From Tagaea sp. (GTDB lineage: Bacteria; Pseudomonadota; Alphaproteobacteria; CACIAM-22H2): a DNA stretch of 64,000 nt. Position 1 is the stretch's first letter. Each line of letters begins with the position of its first letter. Below are positions 12,297-22,838 of the stretch, one piece after another. Position numbers and translations under genes: made by a program. The DNA lies in the NCBI GenBank assembly GCA_965279525.1, contig CBDIIB010000004.1:960001-1024000 (forward strand). Direction: 5' to 3'. The notes beneath the pieces are model-generated. The model saw only the letters and a program-made list of their open reading frames with translations, searched no databases and had not been told where the DNA came from.

Positions 12297-13601
12297 ATGA
12301 AATTCTCGAAGACGCTCAAGGGTGCCCTGTTCGGACTGGCGGCATTTGCTGCCGGCCTCGGCGCGACGGCGGCCGAAGCGCAGACGATCCGGATGTGGAC
12401 GTTTCTCAACCCGGCCGGCAACGCCCCGCGCGAAAAGGCTCTCGCCGAAATCATCTCCAAGTTCGAGAGCGCCAATCCCGGCGTCAAGATATCGGTCGAG
12501 CCGCAGGTCTGGGACCAGATGACGCCAAAGTTCCTCGCGGCCCATCGTGCCGGAAACGCGCCCGATATCGTCTGGGTCGTGACCGATCTGCTCGGCGACG
12601 CGCTCAAGACCGGATCGCTTGCAGATCTCGGCGAGCTGTTCGTCAACAAGTGGCCTGCGGCCGCACGCGACGAGCGCAAGGATGGCTACTGGTCGCGCTG
12701 CGCGCAGGGCAACAAGGTCCACTGCCTTTTCCACTCGCGCAACTACTACGGCGTGATCTACCGGACCGACTTCCTCAAGGAAGCCGGCGTGGATCCGGCG
12801 AAGCTGACGACCTGGCCCGCTTTCATCGAGGCGGCCAAGAAGCTGACGGTCAAGGACGCATCGGGCAACGTCGTGCGCTGGGGCTTCGGCCAGCAGTTCA
12901 GCGAGGACCGCGCGGACTCGCAGATGATGACGTCGCTGATGCTGTCGCGCCAGGGCGACCTGTTCGACGCGAAGGGCGTGGCGAAGTGGGCCAACGCGAC
13001 GGGTGCCGAAGCACTCAAGCTCCAGACCGATATGGTCACGGTGCATGGCGTGACGCCGCGCCAGGCGGTGACGTGGAGTGCCGAAGACCTCTACGAGCAG
13101 TTCGCCGCGGGGCGCATCGCGATGTTCACCGGAGCTGTCGTGCGCATCTCGACCATGCAGGCCAAGGTCGGAAACGACAACGTGGGCTTCATGATCTGGC
13201 CGGGAATCGACGGCAAGCCGCACTCGCCTGCCGTGATGGCCGGCTGGGCGGTCGGCGTATGGTCGGGCGGCAAGAACAAGGCAATGGCCGGAAAGTTCCT
13301 CGAGCACATGTCGACCGGCGAGTCCGACCGGCTCTGGGTCGAGGTGGGGGGCCAGCTCCCGGGTGCGCCTTCGACGCTCACGAGCATGAAGGACTTTACC
13401 GCCAAGCCCGCCAATGCCTACCTGACGACGTCGGCACTGGGCGTGGCCAAGTACGGCTGGATCCCCTCGGTCGAGTACGGCGTCGGCGGCTATCGCCAGG
13501 CGCTGAACAAGGCGGCCCAAGACGTCATCGTCGGGAACGTCGATCCGATGGCGGCCCTCGTGGCGGCCGAACGGCGCTTCAACCAGCAGAACAACCGATA
13601 G
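12297..13601 (+). CDS. Carbohydrate (CUT1) ABC transporter substrate-binding protein
   Basis: Signal peptide, FESANPGVKI, APDIV, FAAGRIAM. Confidence 0.88.
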   Translation: MKFSKTLKGALFGLAAFAAGLGATAAEAQTIRMWTFLNPAGNAPREKALAEIISKFESANPGVKISVEPQVWDQMTPKFLAAHRAGNAPDIVWVVTDLLGDALKTGSLADLGELFVNKWPAAARDERKDGYWSRCAQGNKVHCLFHSRNYYGVIYRTDFLKEAGVDPAKLTTWPAFIEAAKKLTVKDASGNVVRWGFGQQFSEDRADSQMMTSLMLSRQGDLFDAKGVAKWANATGAEALKLQTDMVTVHGVTPRQAVTWSAEDLYEQFAAGRIAMFTGAVVRISTMQAKVGNDNVGFMIWPGIDGKPHSPAVMAGWAVGVWSGGKNKAMAGKFLEHMSTGESDRLWVEVGGQLPGAPSTLTSMKDFTAKPANAYLTTSALGVAKYGWIPSVEYGVGGYRQALNKAAQDVIVGNVDPMAALVAAERRFNQQNNR

Positions 13602-13641
13602 AATCCGAAGGCGTGCGCGCGAACCGCATCCGATAGACCCC

Positions 13642-14499
13642 ATGCGGGACACGCGCACGCCCTTCGTCCTGTTCGCCCCGGCATTCGCGCTGCTGGGGTT
13701 CGTGCTGCTGTCGCCGGTCGTCTACGCGGGCTGGTTCAGCCTGCAGCGCATCGAGTACGGTGCGCCGACCGGCTTTGCCGGTCTCTACAATTTCCGCCGC
13801 CTGTTCGACAGCGACTCGCTCGGCGAGACGTTCGGCCGCACCGCACTGCATACCGGCCTGTCGGTCGCGTTCACGATCATCATCGCGTTGGCGCTCGCCG
13901 TGTGGATCGACAGGCTGCGGCCGCGGTTCGGCTTCATCGTGCAGACGATCGTCATCGTGCCGTGGATCATCTCGACGGTCGTCGCCACACTTCTGTTCCG
14001 CTGGGTGTTCGTCAACGACATCGGCATCGCCGCCTACCTCATCGGGACCATGACCGGTGGCGTCAGCGGCATGCTCGCCGAGCCCGGCGGCGCGATGGGT
14101 CTGCTCGTGGTCGTGTCGGTGTGGAAGCGCATCGGCTACGCGGTCATCGTCCTGCTTGCCGGTCTCAAGAGCATTCCCGACGAACTGGAAGAGGCTGCGC
14201 GCATCGATGGTGCAGGCGGCTGGCAGATCTTCCGGCGCATCACGCTGCCGCTGCTCAAGACGCCGCTGCTGCTGACCGCCGTCGTGCTGACGCTGTCCAA
14301 CATCAATACGGTCGAAACGCCGCTGATCCTGACCGGCGGCGGCCCGCGCGACGCGACCCGCGTGCTGGCGATCGACGTCTACGAGCGCGCCTTCGCGATC
14401 TTCGATCTGGGTTCGGCGACCGCCCTCGCCCTCGTCATGTTCGCGGGCAACATCCTGCTGGTCCTCGCTTACGTGAAGCTGTCGCGGTGGCGCGCATGA
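13642..14499 (+). CDS. CUT1 ABC permease
   Basis: LKSIPDELEEAARIDGA EAA loop, TGGGP. Confidence 0.92.
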   Translation: MRDTRTPFVLFAPAFALLGFVLLSPVVYAGWFSLQRIEYGAPTGFAGLYNFRRLFDSDSLGETFGRTALHTGLSVAFTIIIALALAVWIDRLRPRFGFIVQTIVIVPWIISTVVATLLFRWVFVNDIGIAAYLIGTMTGGVSGMLAEPGGAMGLLVVVSVWKRIGYAVIVLLAGLKSIPDELEEAARIDGAGGWQIFRRITLPLLKTPLLLTAVVLTLSNINTVETPLILTGGGPRDATRVLAIDVYERAFAIFDLGSATALALVMFAGNILLVLAYVKLSRWRA

Positions 14500-15350
14500 C
14501 CGCACCCGCTTCCCGGCGCCATGTCGGGCGCATCGCGCGCACGGCGATCACGGGCCTCCTCTGCCTGCTGGTGCTTGCCAACCTGCTGCCGCTGGTCTGG
14601 GGGATCCTGACGTCGTTCAAGCCGGACGCCGACCTGTTCCGCTTCCCGCCGACGTTCCTGGATTTCACGCCGACGCTGGAGCACTACGAGCGCGTCGTCG
14701 CCAGCGGCTTCCTCCATAGCATCGGAGCGAGCGTCTTCTACGCCGCCGTCTCGGTGAGTGCGACGCTCGCCCTCGCCCTGCCGGCCGCCTACGCCTTCGA
14801 CCGGTTCGAGTTCCCGTTCCGCCAGACGCTGTTCATGCTGGTCGTCGCCAGCATCCCGCTTTCGCTGGGCGCGGCGGCACTCCTCATTCCCAACTATGTC
14901 TATTTCGTCCAGATCGGCCTGACGAACACGTGGTTCGTGCTGCCGCTGATCTACACGGCTCACCAGCTACCGATGGCCATCTGGATCGTCAAGGGCGTGA
15001 TCGAGGGCATCCCGCGCGAACTCGACGAGGCGGCGATCGTCGACGGTGGCACGCATGTCGACATCCTGCGCTTCGTGATGCTGCCGCTGGCGCGCCCGGC
15101 GCTGGGGGCGGCCGGCGTGCTCGCCTTCGTCGGCTCGTGGAACGAGTTCGTCGCCGGCTCGGTCATGGTAGACGCCCCCGAACTCAAGCCCGTGCAGCCG
15201 ATGATCTACAGCTTCATCGGCTTTTTCGGCCGCGAGTGGGGACCGCTGACGGCGTCGGCCACCCTTGCCATCGTGCCGATCCTCATCGCCTTCGCGCTCC
15301 TCGGCCGGCACATCGTCTCGGGCCTGACGAAGGGCGCGGTCAAGGGATAG
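14496..15350 (+). CDS. CUT1 ABC permease (second)
   Basis: IPRELDEAAIVDG, SWNEF, C-terminal GLTKGAVKG. Confidence 0.92.
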   Translation: MTAPASRRHVGRIARTAITGLLCLLVLANLLPLVWGILTSFKPDADLFRFPPTFLDFTPTLEHYERVVASGFLHSIGASVFYAAVSVSATLALALPAAYAFDRFEFPFRQTLFMLVVASIPLSLGAAALLIPNYVYFVQIGLTNTWFVLPLIYTAHQLPMAIWIVKGVIEGIPRELDEAAIVDGGTHVDILRFVMLPLARPALGAAGVLAFVGSWNEFVAGSVMVDAPELKPVQPMIYSFIGFFGREWGPLTASATLAIVPILIAFALLGRHIVSGLTKGAVKG

Positions 15351-15354
15351 CGCG

Positions 15355-17058
15355 ATGGACGGAATCGAAGCGGCAGACTGGGACATCGTCGTCGTCGGCG
15401 GCGGCAGTGCGGGATGCGTGCTGGCGAACCGGCTGTCGCGGGATCCGGCACGCCGGGTCCTGCTTGTCGAAGCGGGCCGCGACGTGCCACCCGGCGAGGA
15501 AGGATCGGCGATCCGGGACATGTATCCGGGTCGTGCCGCGTTCGATCCGGCCAATCACTGGGAAGATGTCGCGGCACACTTCGTGCCCGTCGGCCACAAC
15601 GCGCCCGACCGTCCCGCACCGCGGCACTACGAGCAGGCCAAGCTGATCGGCGGCGGCTCGTCGATCAACGGGCAGGTCGCCAATCGCGGCACGCCCGAGG
15701 ACTACGACGAATGGGCCGGTCTGGGTGCTGCCGGCTGGGACTGGCAAAGCGTGCTGCCCTTTTTCCGAAAGCTCGAGCGCGATCTGGATTTTTCGGGCCC
15801 GCTGCACGGCGCCGACGGCCCGATCCCGATCCACCGGATTCCGCCGGAAAAATGGCCACTCTATTCGACCGCTGCGGCGAAGGCGCTTGGGGCCCTCGGC
15901 TACGCCGACATCCGCGACCAGAACGGCAGCTTCGGCGACGGCTATTTCGCGCAGTCGCTTTCCAACGACGGGACACACCGCGTTTCTGCCGCGATGGCCT
16001 ATCTGGACCGAGAGACGCGCAAGAGGCCCAATCTTGCGATCCTCGCCGAGACCCATGTCGCCGGCCTTGTCGTCGAGGGCAGGCGCATCTGCGGCATCGA
16101 GGCGATCCGCCACGGCCGGCGGTTCACGATCAAGGCACGCGAGACGATCCTGTCGGCAGGTGCCATCCACTCGCCGGCCATCCTGATGCGGGCGGGCATC
16201 GGGCCCGGCGATGCGTCGATGCGCCTGGGAATCCCGGTCGTCGCCGACCTGCCCGGGATCGGGCGGAACCTGCAGGAGCATCCGGGCATCTCGGTCTCGG
16301 CGTTCCTGAAGCCGGAGGCTCGTCTGCGCGCGACGCGCCGTCACATCCACGTCTCGCTCCGCTACAGCTCGAACCATCCCGATTGCCCGCGCTCGGACAT
16401 GTACTTGATGGTCGTCGCCAAGTCGGCCTGGCACCCGCTGGGCCCGCGGATCGGCTCGCTCGTGTCGTGGTTAAACAAGATCCACTCCCGGGGGACGGTG
16501 ACGCTCCGGTCCTCCGATCCGACCGTCGGCCCCCTCGCCCAGTTCAATTTCCTTGCCGATCCACGCGATGCCGCACGCCTCATCGATAGCGTGCGGTTCA
16601 TGGCACGGATCATGGGCCAGGCGCCGCTTGCCGGTTTGGTCGAGCATCCGTCGCCGTCGAGCTATTCCGGCTTCGCGCGAGCTCTGGGACGGCAGAACTT
16701 GCGCAATCTTCTGCTGACGGCGCCGACGGCAGTCGCACTCGACCACATACCTGCCTTCCGGAAATTCCTGTTTGACCGGTTCGTGTCCGGCGGCACGAAT
16801 CTCGCCGACCTGGTCCGCGACGCCGACGCGCTGGAAACCTATGTGCGCGCTCGCGCCTTCGGACAGTGGCACGCCTGCGGCACGTGCCGGATGGGGCCGG
16901 CGACTGATCGCGATTGCGTCATCGATCCGCACAGCGCACGCGTGCACGGAATTTCGGGCCTGCGGGTCGTCGATGCGTCGGTCATGCCGGCCGCACCGCG
17001 AGCGAACCTCAACATTCCGGTCCTGATGATCGCCGAGAAGTTCTCGGCGGCGATCTAG
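15355..17058 (+). CDS. GMC family FAD oxidoreductase
   Basis: GGGSAGCVLANRLS, GGGSSING, HACGTCRMG, GLRVVDASVMP...NLN. Confidence 0.93.
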   Translation: MDGIEAADWDIVVVGGGSAGCVLANRLSRDPARRVLLVEAGRDVPPGEEGSAIRDMYPGRAAFDPANHWEDVAAHFVPVGHNAPDRPAPRHYEQAKLIGGGSSINGQVANRGTPEDYDEWAGLGAAGWDWQSVLPFFRKLERDLDFSGPLHGADGPIPIHRIPPEKWPLYSTAAAKALGALGYADIRDQNGSFGDGYFAQSLSNDGTHRVSAAMAYLDRETRKRPNLAILAETHVAGLVVEGRRICGIEAIRHGRRFTIKARETILSAGAIHSPAILMRAGIGPGDASMRLGIPVVADLPGIGRNLQEHPGISVSAFLKPEARLRATRRHIHVSLRYSSNHPDCPRSDMYLMVVAKSAWHPLGPRIGSLVSWLNKIHSRGTVTLRSSDPTVGPLAQFNFLADPRDAARLIDSVRFMARIMGQAPLAGLVEHPSPSSYSGFARALGRQNLRNLLLTAPTAVALDHIPAFRKFLFDRFVSGGTNLADLVRDADALETYVRARAFGQWHACGTCRMGPATDRDCVIDPHSARVHGISGLRVVDASVMPAAPRANLNIPVLMIAEKFSAAI

Positions 17059-17060
17059 GA

Positions 17061-17522
17061 TCAGGTCGTGTCGAAGTGCGAAACGTTGACGATGATCTTC
17101 ACGTCCGGACCGCCGTTGGTGAACGGAAGCAGGATCCTGGCGTAGCCGCGATAGTCGCGATGCATCCAGAACAGGCTGCGCTCGACATAATGGGGCGAGC
17201 CAGTCCGCACGACGCCATCATACTCGGGTTGGATCGTGGCGTTGTGGACACCGTGAAACGCCGACATGTCGATGCCGGTCATCTCGCGCCCGTGAACCTC
17301 GACCATCTTCGTTCCAGCCAGGCGACAGCGATATCCCGCCGGCAGGACATCCCACATCACCACATGGGGCATGATGTCGGGAAGGTCGATCGGGTCGAAG
17401 TCAGCGCGATCCGGGACGCGCCGCCCGCCCTTCTTCGCTTGCCAGTACGCCAACGCGCGCAGGATGCGATCGCTTTTGATCCTGGATGCATCGAATGGCG
17501 GCGAGCTTGCGTCCTGGAGCAT
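17061..17522 (-). CDS. Stand-alone PAS (PAS_5-like) domain protein
   Basis: YW..KKGGRRVPDRADFDPIDL...CRLAGT...RILLPF pattern typical of alphaproteobacterial PAS_5; start uncertain. Confidence 0.7.
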   Translation of the reverse strand: MLQDASSPPFDASRIKSDRILRALAYWQAKKGGRRVPDRADFDPIDLPDIMPHVVMWDVLPAGYRCRLAGTKMVEVHGREMTGIDMSAFHGVHNATIQPEYDGVVRTGSPHYVERSLFWMHRDYRGYARILLPFTNGGPDVKIIVNVSHFDTT

Positions 17523-17683
17523 CCTTCTATCCCTACACCGAAAGCGGAACCCGGCGCGGCTCGGCGACGATATTCGGCTTTCGGTACGCTGATCCGGGAG
17601 GCCGATCAAGATAGCCTAGCACTTGATTTGGGGAGCTTGTCCCCCGCTGTCGCAAATCGTACGTCAATACCTCGACGGCGCGA

Positions 17684-18535
17684 TCACGGCTTTGCGTCAG
17701 CACTCTCATAAAGCGGACCGCGCTGGGCCCCGGCATACCGCAGCTTCGCCTGCCAGCCGAGCATATGCGAATGGAACGATACGGCGTCGGCGTCGAAGTC
17801 CGACACGGGAACCGGCTCGGGTTCAAAATGCCGATAGACATCTGTACCGCGAACCAGCGTGGCGCTGTCCTGCGCGCCTGACATCTGGCGCACCCGGGTC
17901 GGGATATAGCGGACAGTGAAGCCGATCCGCGGTTGCGTACCCATGTTCGCCTTCGATCCATGGATGATGCGCACGTGGTGCAGCGACATCTCACCCGGCT
18001 CCAGGACGACGTCGAGCGCATCGCGCTCGTCGACCTCGACGGCGACTTCCTGTCCCCGGCTCAGCATGTTGCCGTCGGCGAAGGTGTCGGCATGAGGAAG
18101 TTGGTCGCGCAGATGGCTGCCGGGGACCACGCGCATGCAGCCGTTCGCCGGGTTCGACGGCGTGAAAGCGATCCACGCGCTGACCACGTCGGGCGAGGAC
18201 AGGCCCCAGTAAGTCGAATCCTGGTGCCAGGAGACAAAGCCGCCATCGCCCGGTTTCTTGGCGAAGAACCCGGACTGCCATACCAGGATGTCCGGTCCGA
18301 TCAGCGCCTCGACGGAATCGAGGATCGCGGGTTCGCGCATCAGATCGTTCAGCCAGCGCATCAGCAGGTGCGGCTTCTCGTTGTGGCGCTTGAGCAGGCT
18401 ACCGCCGTCGCGCCGCTCGGCAGCCGCGAACCGCTCGGCATACGCAGCCATCGCCTCGGCGGGAAAGCAGCGCAACGGGAAGACGATGCCGTCGCGCTCG
18501 AACCGGGCGACCTGCTCCTGGGACAATGCGGCCAT
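17684..18535 (-). CDS. Phytanoyl-CoA dioxygenase (PhyH) family Fe(II)/2OG dioxygenase
   Basis: SWHQD, NGCMRVVPGSH, HGS, RIG. Confidence 0.9.
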   Translation of the reverse strand: MAALSQEQVARFERDGIVFPLRCFPAEAMAAYAERFAAAERRDGGSLLKRHNEKPHLLMRWLNDLMREPAILDSVEALIGPDILVWQSGFFAKKPGDGGFVSWHQDSTYWGLSSPDVVSAWIAFTPSNPANGCMRVVPGSHLRDQLPHADTFADGNMLSRGQEVAVEVDERDALDVVLEPGEMSLHHVRIIHGSKANMGTQPRIGFTVRYIPTRVRQMSGAQDSATLVRGTDVYRHFEPEPVPVSDFDADAVSFHSHMLGWQAKLRYAGAQRGPLYESADAKP

Positions 18536-18566
18536 TGACGTTCCTCCCGTGACCAGGTGCAGCGGT

Positions 18567-20066
18567 TCAGGTCGACGACATGTACTTCCGCGTGCCGATG
18601 AAACGCGGCCACATCAGCATCATCAGAAGCCCCGCCGCGACGATCAGCAGGCCGAGCGCGATCGGGCGCTCGACGAAGATGAGATAGTCGCCACCCGACT
18701 GGATCAGCGCCTTGCGAAGGTTCGTTTCCATCAGCTTGCCGAGAACGAAGCCGAGCAGCAGCGGGGCCGGCTCGAAGCCGAAGCGATAGAGGACCACGCC
18801 CACGATGCCGAAAAAGATCGTGAAATAGACGTCCAGCACGCTGTTGTTGACCGTGTAGACGCCGATCACCGTGAACACGAGGATGCCGACATAGATCGCG
18901 CGATAAGGGATGCGCAGCAGCGAGATCCATATCTTGATCAGCGGCAGATTGATGATCAGCAGCATCACATTGCCGACGAACATGCTGACCAGCAGGCCCC
19001 AGAAGACCTTCGCGTTGAGTGTCAGGAGATGCGGACCCGGCTGGATGCCATGGATGGTGAGGGCCCCCATCATCATCGCCATCAAGGCGTTGGCCGGGAT
19101 GCCGAGCGTCAGCATCGGGATGAAGTTCGTCTGTGCGGCGGCGTTGTTGGCGCTTTCCGGACCGGCAACGCCCTCGATGGCGCCCTTGCCGAAGCGCGAG
19201 GGGTCGCGCGCGATCTTCTTCTCGGTGATGTACGACGCGAACGAAGCCAGGCCCGCACCGCCGCCCGGCAGGATGCCGAGCAGCGAGCCGACCGCGGTGC
19301 CGCGGATCGAGGCCGGTATCGAACGCCTGATGTCGTCGCGCGTCGGCATCCAGCTTCCGATATGCGACGGCGTTCCCAGCCTGCCGTCCGTCCGGCACAG
19401 TTCGCGGACCACGTCGGCCACGCCGAACAGGCCGACCGCAACGGGAACGAAGTCGAGGCCGTCGGCCAATGTCGTGATGCCGAACGTGAACCGCCAGACT
19501 GCCGTGTCGATGTCGATGCCGATCAGGCCGAACATGATGCCCACCGCCACCATCGCGATGGCCTTGAGCGCCGATCCCTGGGCCAGCACGACGGCGCCGA
19601 TCAGTCCCAGCAGCATAAGGGCGAAATACTCCGGCGCACCGAAACTGGCGCCAATATAGGCGAGCGGAATCGCAAGCATCGCCGTCAGCGCGATGCCGAC
19701 CGTGCCGGCGAAGAACGATCCGAGTGCGGCAACGACGAGGGCCGGGCCGGCCCGCCCCTGCTTCGCCATCGGGTGGCCGTCCAGGCAGGTGACGATCGAA
19801 GACGTTTCACCGGGGATGTTCAGCAGGATCGCGGTCGTCGAGCCGCCATACTGGGCGCCATAGTAGATTCCGGCGATCATGATCAGTCCATCCGCCGGAC
19901 TTAACTGGAAGGTGAGCGGAATCAGCATCGCAATCGTCGAAACCGGACCAACGCCGGGAAGGACCCCGACCAGGGTCCCGAGCAGACAGCCCAGAAAGCA
20001 GTACATCAGTCCGTTCGCGGTCAACGCGACCGATGCGCCCAAGGCGAGGTTTGCGAAAGTATCCAA
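18567..20066 (-). CDS. tctA: Tripartite tricarboxylate transporter large permease TctA
   Basis: GTLVGVLPG, YYGAQYGGS, PESANNAAAQ, LTLGIP; TTG start just after tctB stop. Confidence 0.92.
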   Translation of the reverse strand: MDTFANLALGASVALTANGLMYCFLGCLLGTLVGVLPGVGPVSTIAMLIPLTFQLSPADGLIMIAGIYYGAQYGGSTTAILLNIPGETSSIVTCLDGHPMAKQGRAGPALVVAALGSFFAGTVGIALTAMLAIPLAYIGASFGAPEYFALMLLGLIGAVVLAQGSALKAIAMVAVGIMFGLIGIDIDTAVWRFTFGITTLADGLDFVPVAVGLFGVADVVRELCRTDGRLGTPSHIGSWMPTRDDIRRSIPASIRGTAVGSLLGILPGGGAGLASFASYITEKKIARDPSRFGKGAIEGVAGPESANNAAAQTNFIPMLTLGIPANALMAMMMGALTIHGIQPGPHLLTLNAKVFWGLLVSMFVGNVMLLIINLPLIKIWISLLRIPYRAIYVGILVFTVIGVYTVNNSVLDVYFTIFFGIVGVVLYRFGFEPAPLLLGFVLGKLMETNLRKALIQSGGDYLIFVERPIALGLLIVAAGLLMMLMWPRFIGTRKYMSST

Positions 20067-20068
20067 CG

Positions 20069-20542
20069 TCAGAACTTTCCAACGAGCGGTACGGAAATCT
20101 GCACCAAATTCCACATGGCCAGCGTCATTCCTTCCATGACGATGACGATCGCCACGATCTCCCAGAATCGCCGCTTGGGTATCGCAAGACAGCAGATCAC
20201 GATCAGCAGCCCGATCGCCGGCAGCAACCCGATCGTCGACAGCGTCAATCCGAACACGATGAAAGCAGCCGAAACCGCGATCAGCGGCCGGAGCTTGAGG
20301 CGCTCCTCGGAGGACTCCGCCTGCTCGACGCGCAGCAGGCCGTTGCCGGCAAGAGCAAGCCCCAGAATGGCGACGACGTAGCACAGTCCGCGGGGAAAAT
20401 AACCGGGCCCCATGCTGTCTGCGGTGCCAACGGGATAATTGCGCGCAACGTAGTAAATGAATGCCGCAAACAGGATCAGCGCAATCCCGCTGAGAAAATC
20501 CTCGTTGCGCAGATACCTGCTTGTTGAATGCGGCGCGTTCAT
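20069..20542 (-). CDS. tctB: Tripartite tricarboxylate transporter small permease TctB
   Basis: MGPGYFP motif, four TM segments, between tctC and tctA. Confidence 0.88.
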   Translation of the reverse strand: MNAPHSTSRYLRNEDFLSGIALILFAAFIYYVARNYPVGTADSMGPGYFPRGLCYVVAILGLALAGNGLLRVEQAESSEERLKLRPLIAVSAAFIVFGLTLSTIGLLPAIGLLIVICCLAIPKRRFWEIVAIVIVMEGMTLAMWNLVQISVPLVGKF

Positions 20543-20577
20543 ATCTGCAACCCGGATGCTCGTCGATCGGCTTCGGG

Positions 20578-20608
20578 AAAACGGGCCGCCCCCGAAGGGA
20601 GCGGCCCG
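20578..20608 (-). terminator. Intergenic stem-loop after tctC (terminator/mRNA stabiliser)
   Basis: CGGGCCGC...GCGGCCCG stem followed by TTTT on minus strand. Confidence 0.55.
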
Positions 20609-20630
20609 CGGTACCCGAAGCGTACCCGCT

Positions 20631-21608
20631 TTATTCGACCGTGAGGCCCGAATTCTTGAAATTCGTGCGCCAGCGATCGACCTCGGACGCATTCCACTTT
20701 TTTGCGTCTTCGATCGACGGAGAAACGTAGGGGATCATCTGGTTGGAGCGGAAGCGTTCCTTGACCTCGGGGAGTTCCTGAGCCCGGTTGATCGCCTGCA
20801 GGAGCTTGGCGAGCACGGCCGGCGGCGTGGCCGCAGGCGCGTACATCGCACCCCAGTAGTTGGCGTTGAGCTCCGGCATGCCCAGCTCGGTCATCGTCGG
20901 CGTGTCCGGGAAGTCGGACAGGCGCGAGTCCGTCGTGATGATGATCGGCCGGATCTGGCCGGCTGCCACCATCGGACGTGCCTGGATGATGTTGAGCGAG
21001 CAGAAATGCAGATCGCCGTTGATCAGATCGGGTGCCGTCTGCCCGGTCGGATACGGCACGTGCGTGAAGCGCACGCCCTGCTTCTGCTGGAAGATGGTCT
21101 GTTCGATGTGCAGTGCCGTGCCCGGACCGGTCGAGCAGTAGCGCACGCGCCCCGGATTGGCCTTGGCGTAATCGATCAGCTCCTTGAAGTTCTTCACATC
21201 GAAGTTCTTTGCCGTGACGACGTAGACCGCCGGCACGTCAGCGACGCGACCCACGACCGTGACGTCGCGGTCGTAGTTGATGCTGAAGCGCTTCGGCTGC
21301 GTGGCGACGACCGCGCCGTTGACCATGCCGCTGCCCATCATCAGCGTGTAACCGTCGGGCGTCGACTTCGCCATTTCCTCGATCGCGATGATTCCGAGGC
21401 CACCGGGCTTGTTCTCGACGATGACCGGTTGGCCGAGGATCTTCTGCATGCCTTCGCCGATGATGCGCGCGGTCGTGTCGGTGGCACCGCCGGCGGCGAA
21501 CGGCACGACGATTCGGATCGGTTTGGTCGGGAAATCCTGTGCGACGGCGCTCGCGCTACCAATCGCGGCGATCCCGATCGCGGCCAATGCGGCGTACAGA
21601 GTTCTCAT
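20631..21608 (-). CDS. tctC: Tripartite tricarboxylate transporter substrate-binding protein TctC (Bug)
   Basis: FPTKPIRIVVPFAAGGATD, VENKPGG, PDGYTL. Confidence 0.93.
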   Translation of the reverse strand: MRTLYAALAAIGIAAIGSASAVAQDFPTKPIRIVVPFAAGGATDTTARIIGEGMQKILGQPVIVENKPGGLGIIAIEEMAKSTPDGYTLMMGSGMVNGAVVATQPKRFSINYDRDVTVVGRVADVPAVYVVTAKNFDVKNFKELIDYAKANPGRVRYCSTGPGTALHIEQTIFQQKQGVRFTHVPYPTGQTAPDLINGDLHFCSLNIIQARPMVAAGQIRPIIITTDSRLSDFPDTPTMTELGMPELNANYWGAMYAPAATPPAVLAKLLQAINRAQELPEVKERFRSNQMIPYVSPSIEDAKKWNASEVDRWRTNFKNSGLTVE

Positions 21609-21662
21609 CGGTGCTTCCTCCCTAGGGTTTATTTTTCGAACTTGGGCTGCCGAGTTGCTCGG

Positions 21663-22562
21663 TCAGGTGGATTGGCGGCGCTCCGGCACCGCGGCGGGTG
21701 CCGGCGCAAAATAGCTTCGGTCCCCCGATTTCTGCATTTCGTAGATCGAACCCGTGCTTGCCGCAGGCGGCAACGGCATGCGAACCGGGACTGGCGCCAG
21801 ACGCGGCTCGATCGAGGACACGCCGGAGATCATCTGGGTGTCGAATGAGTCGAGCGTGCCTTCGATGCCCATCAAGGGCCATGCATCGGCCGCGCGATAC
21901 ATCAGCAGATAGAGACGCCGCTGCTTGCCCGATACGTTGGCTGCCGAGCCGTGCACGGTGCGCACGTGATGGATCGTGACGCTGCCGGCTTTTCCGGTCA
22001 GAGGTACGGCCTTCGACACGTCGATGCCGCAGGCCTTCGGGTCGATGGCGCCGCAGAAATGGCCGTCCTCGTGATGGTCGTGGATCGGACCCTTGTGCGA
22101 TCCCGGGATCATCAGCATCGGGCCGTTGGCGAGATCGCAGTCGTCGAGCATGACGCCGACGGCCGCCAGATCGTCGTTGGTATGCGGATAGAAGGCCCAG
22201 TCCTGATGCCACTGCACGGGCGCGCCGTATCCCGCAGACTTCATGTTGAGCTTGCTGGAGTCGAAGCGGATGTTCGGCCCCCAGAGATCTGTCAGCGCGC
22301 CGACGATGCCGGGATGCGTCATCGTCGCCGCGAAATCCGGATGGTGGCGATGCGGCGTCTTGATGCGGCGCACGCGCGGACTCTGCGGCGTGTGCGAATC
22401 TTCCAGATCGTAGATCTCGTCGTGGGACGACACATTGCGAGCGCCGTCGACGAAACCGTCCGCGCGATCGCGCAGGCGCTGGATCTCGGCCGGCGACAGC
22501 AGGCCGTGCAGGACGATGTAGCCGTCGCGGTCGTAAGCTTCCATTTGCGATCTATCGAGCAT
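21663..22562 (-). CDS. PhyH family Fe(II)/2OG dioxygenase
   Basis: YDRDGYIV, QWHQDWAFYPHTN, NGPMLMIPGSH, HGS. Confidence 0.9.
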   Translation of the reverse strand: MLDRSQMEAYDRDGYIVLHGLLSPAEIQRLRDRADGFVDGARNVSSHDEIYDLEDSHTPQSPRVRRIKTPHRHHPDFAATMTHPGIVGALTDLWGPNIRFDSSKLNMKSAGYGAPVQWHQDWAFYPHTNDDLAAVGVMLDDCDLANGPMLMIPGSHKGPIHDHHEDGHFCGAIDPKACGIDVSKAVPLTGKAGSVTIHHVRTVHGSAANVSGKQRRLYLLMYRAADAWPLMGIEGTLDSFDTQMISGVSSIEPRLAPVPVRMPLPPAASTGSIYEMQKSGDRSYFAPAPAAVPERRQST

Positions 22563-22690
22563 TCTACCTCGATCTGGGAGGCGCATCGGGTTCCGTGATC
22601 GCTCGTTTTTCCGATCATCCGGTTGCCGACGCGTCGTACCCTCGACACGTTCATCCCTGCGATTCTCTTAAGGGAATCGTGCTGTTGTGA

Positions 22691-22730
22691 CCAATCAGTA
22701 AATGCGATTGGCCGCAGAACGTTTCATGAT
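22691..22730. promoter_or_regulatory. Putative LysR binding sites (T-N11-A) in divergent promoter
   Basis: ATCA-N7-CGAT within CCAATC/GATTGG inverted repeat, second box AGAA-N7-TGAT 22 bp further. Confidence 0.5.
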
Positions 22731-22838
22731 GTCGGCCGTCGCGCGAACTGGCACCATCCGCGACGATGGACTAACATCCTTTTCTCACCGAACCGGTATC
22801 GCAAGCGCACACAAGTCCCGCGCCGCAGGCCCCCCCGA

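Noticed and set aside
17684-18535. Fe/2OG halogenase (also 21663 and 34263)
   Set aside because: All three retain HxD; halogenases have HxA/HxG
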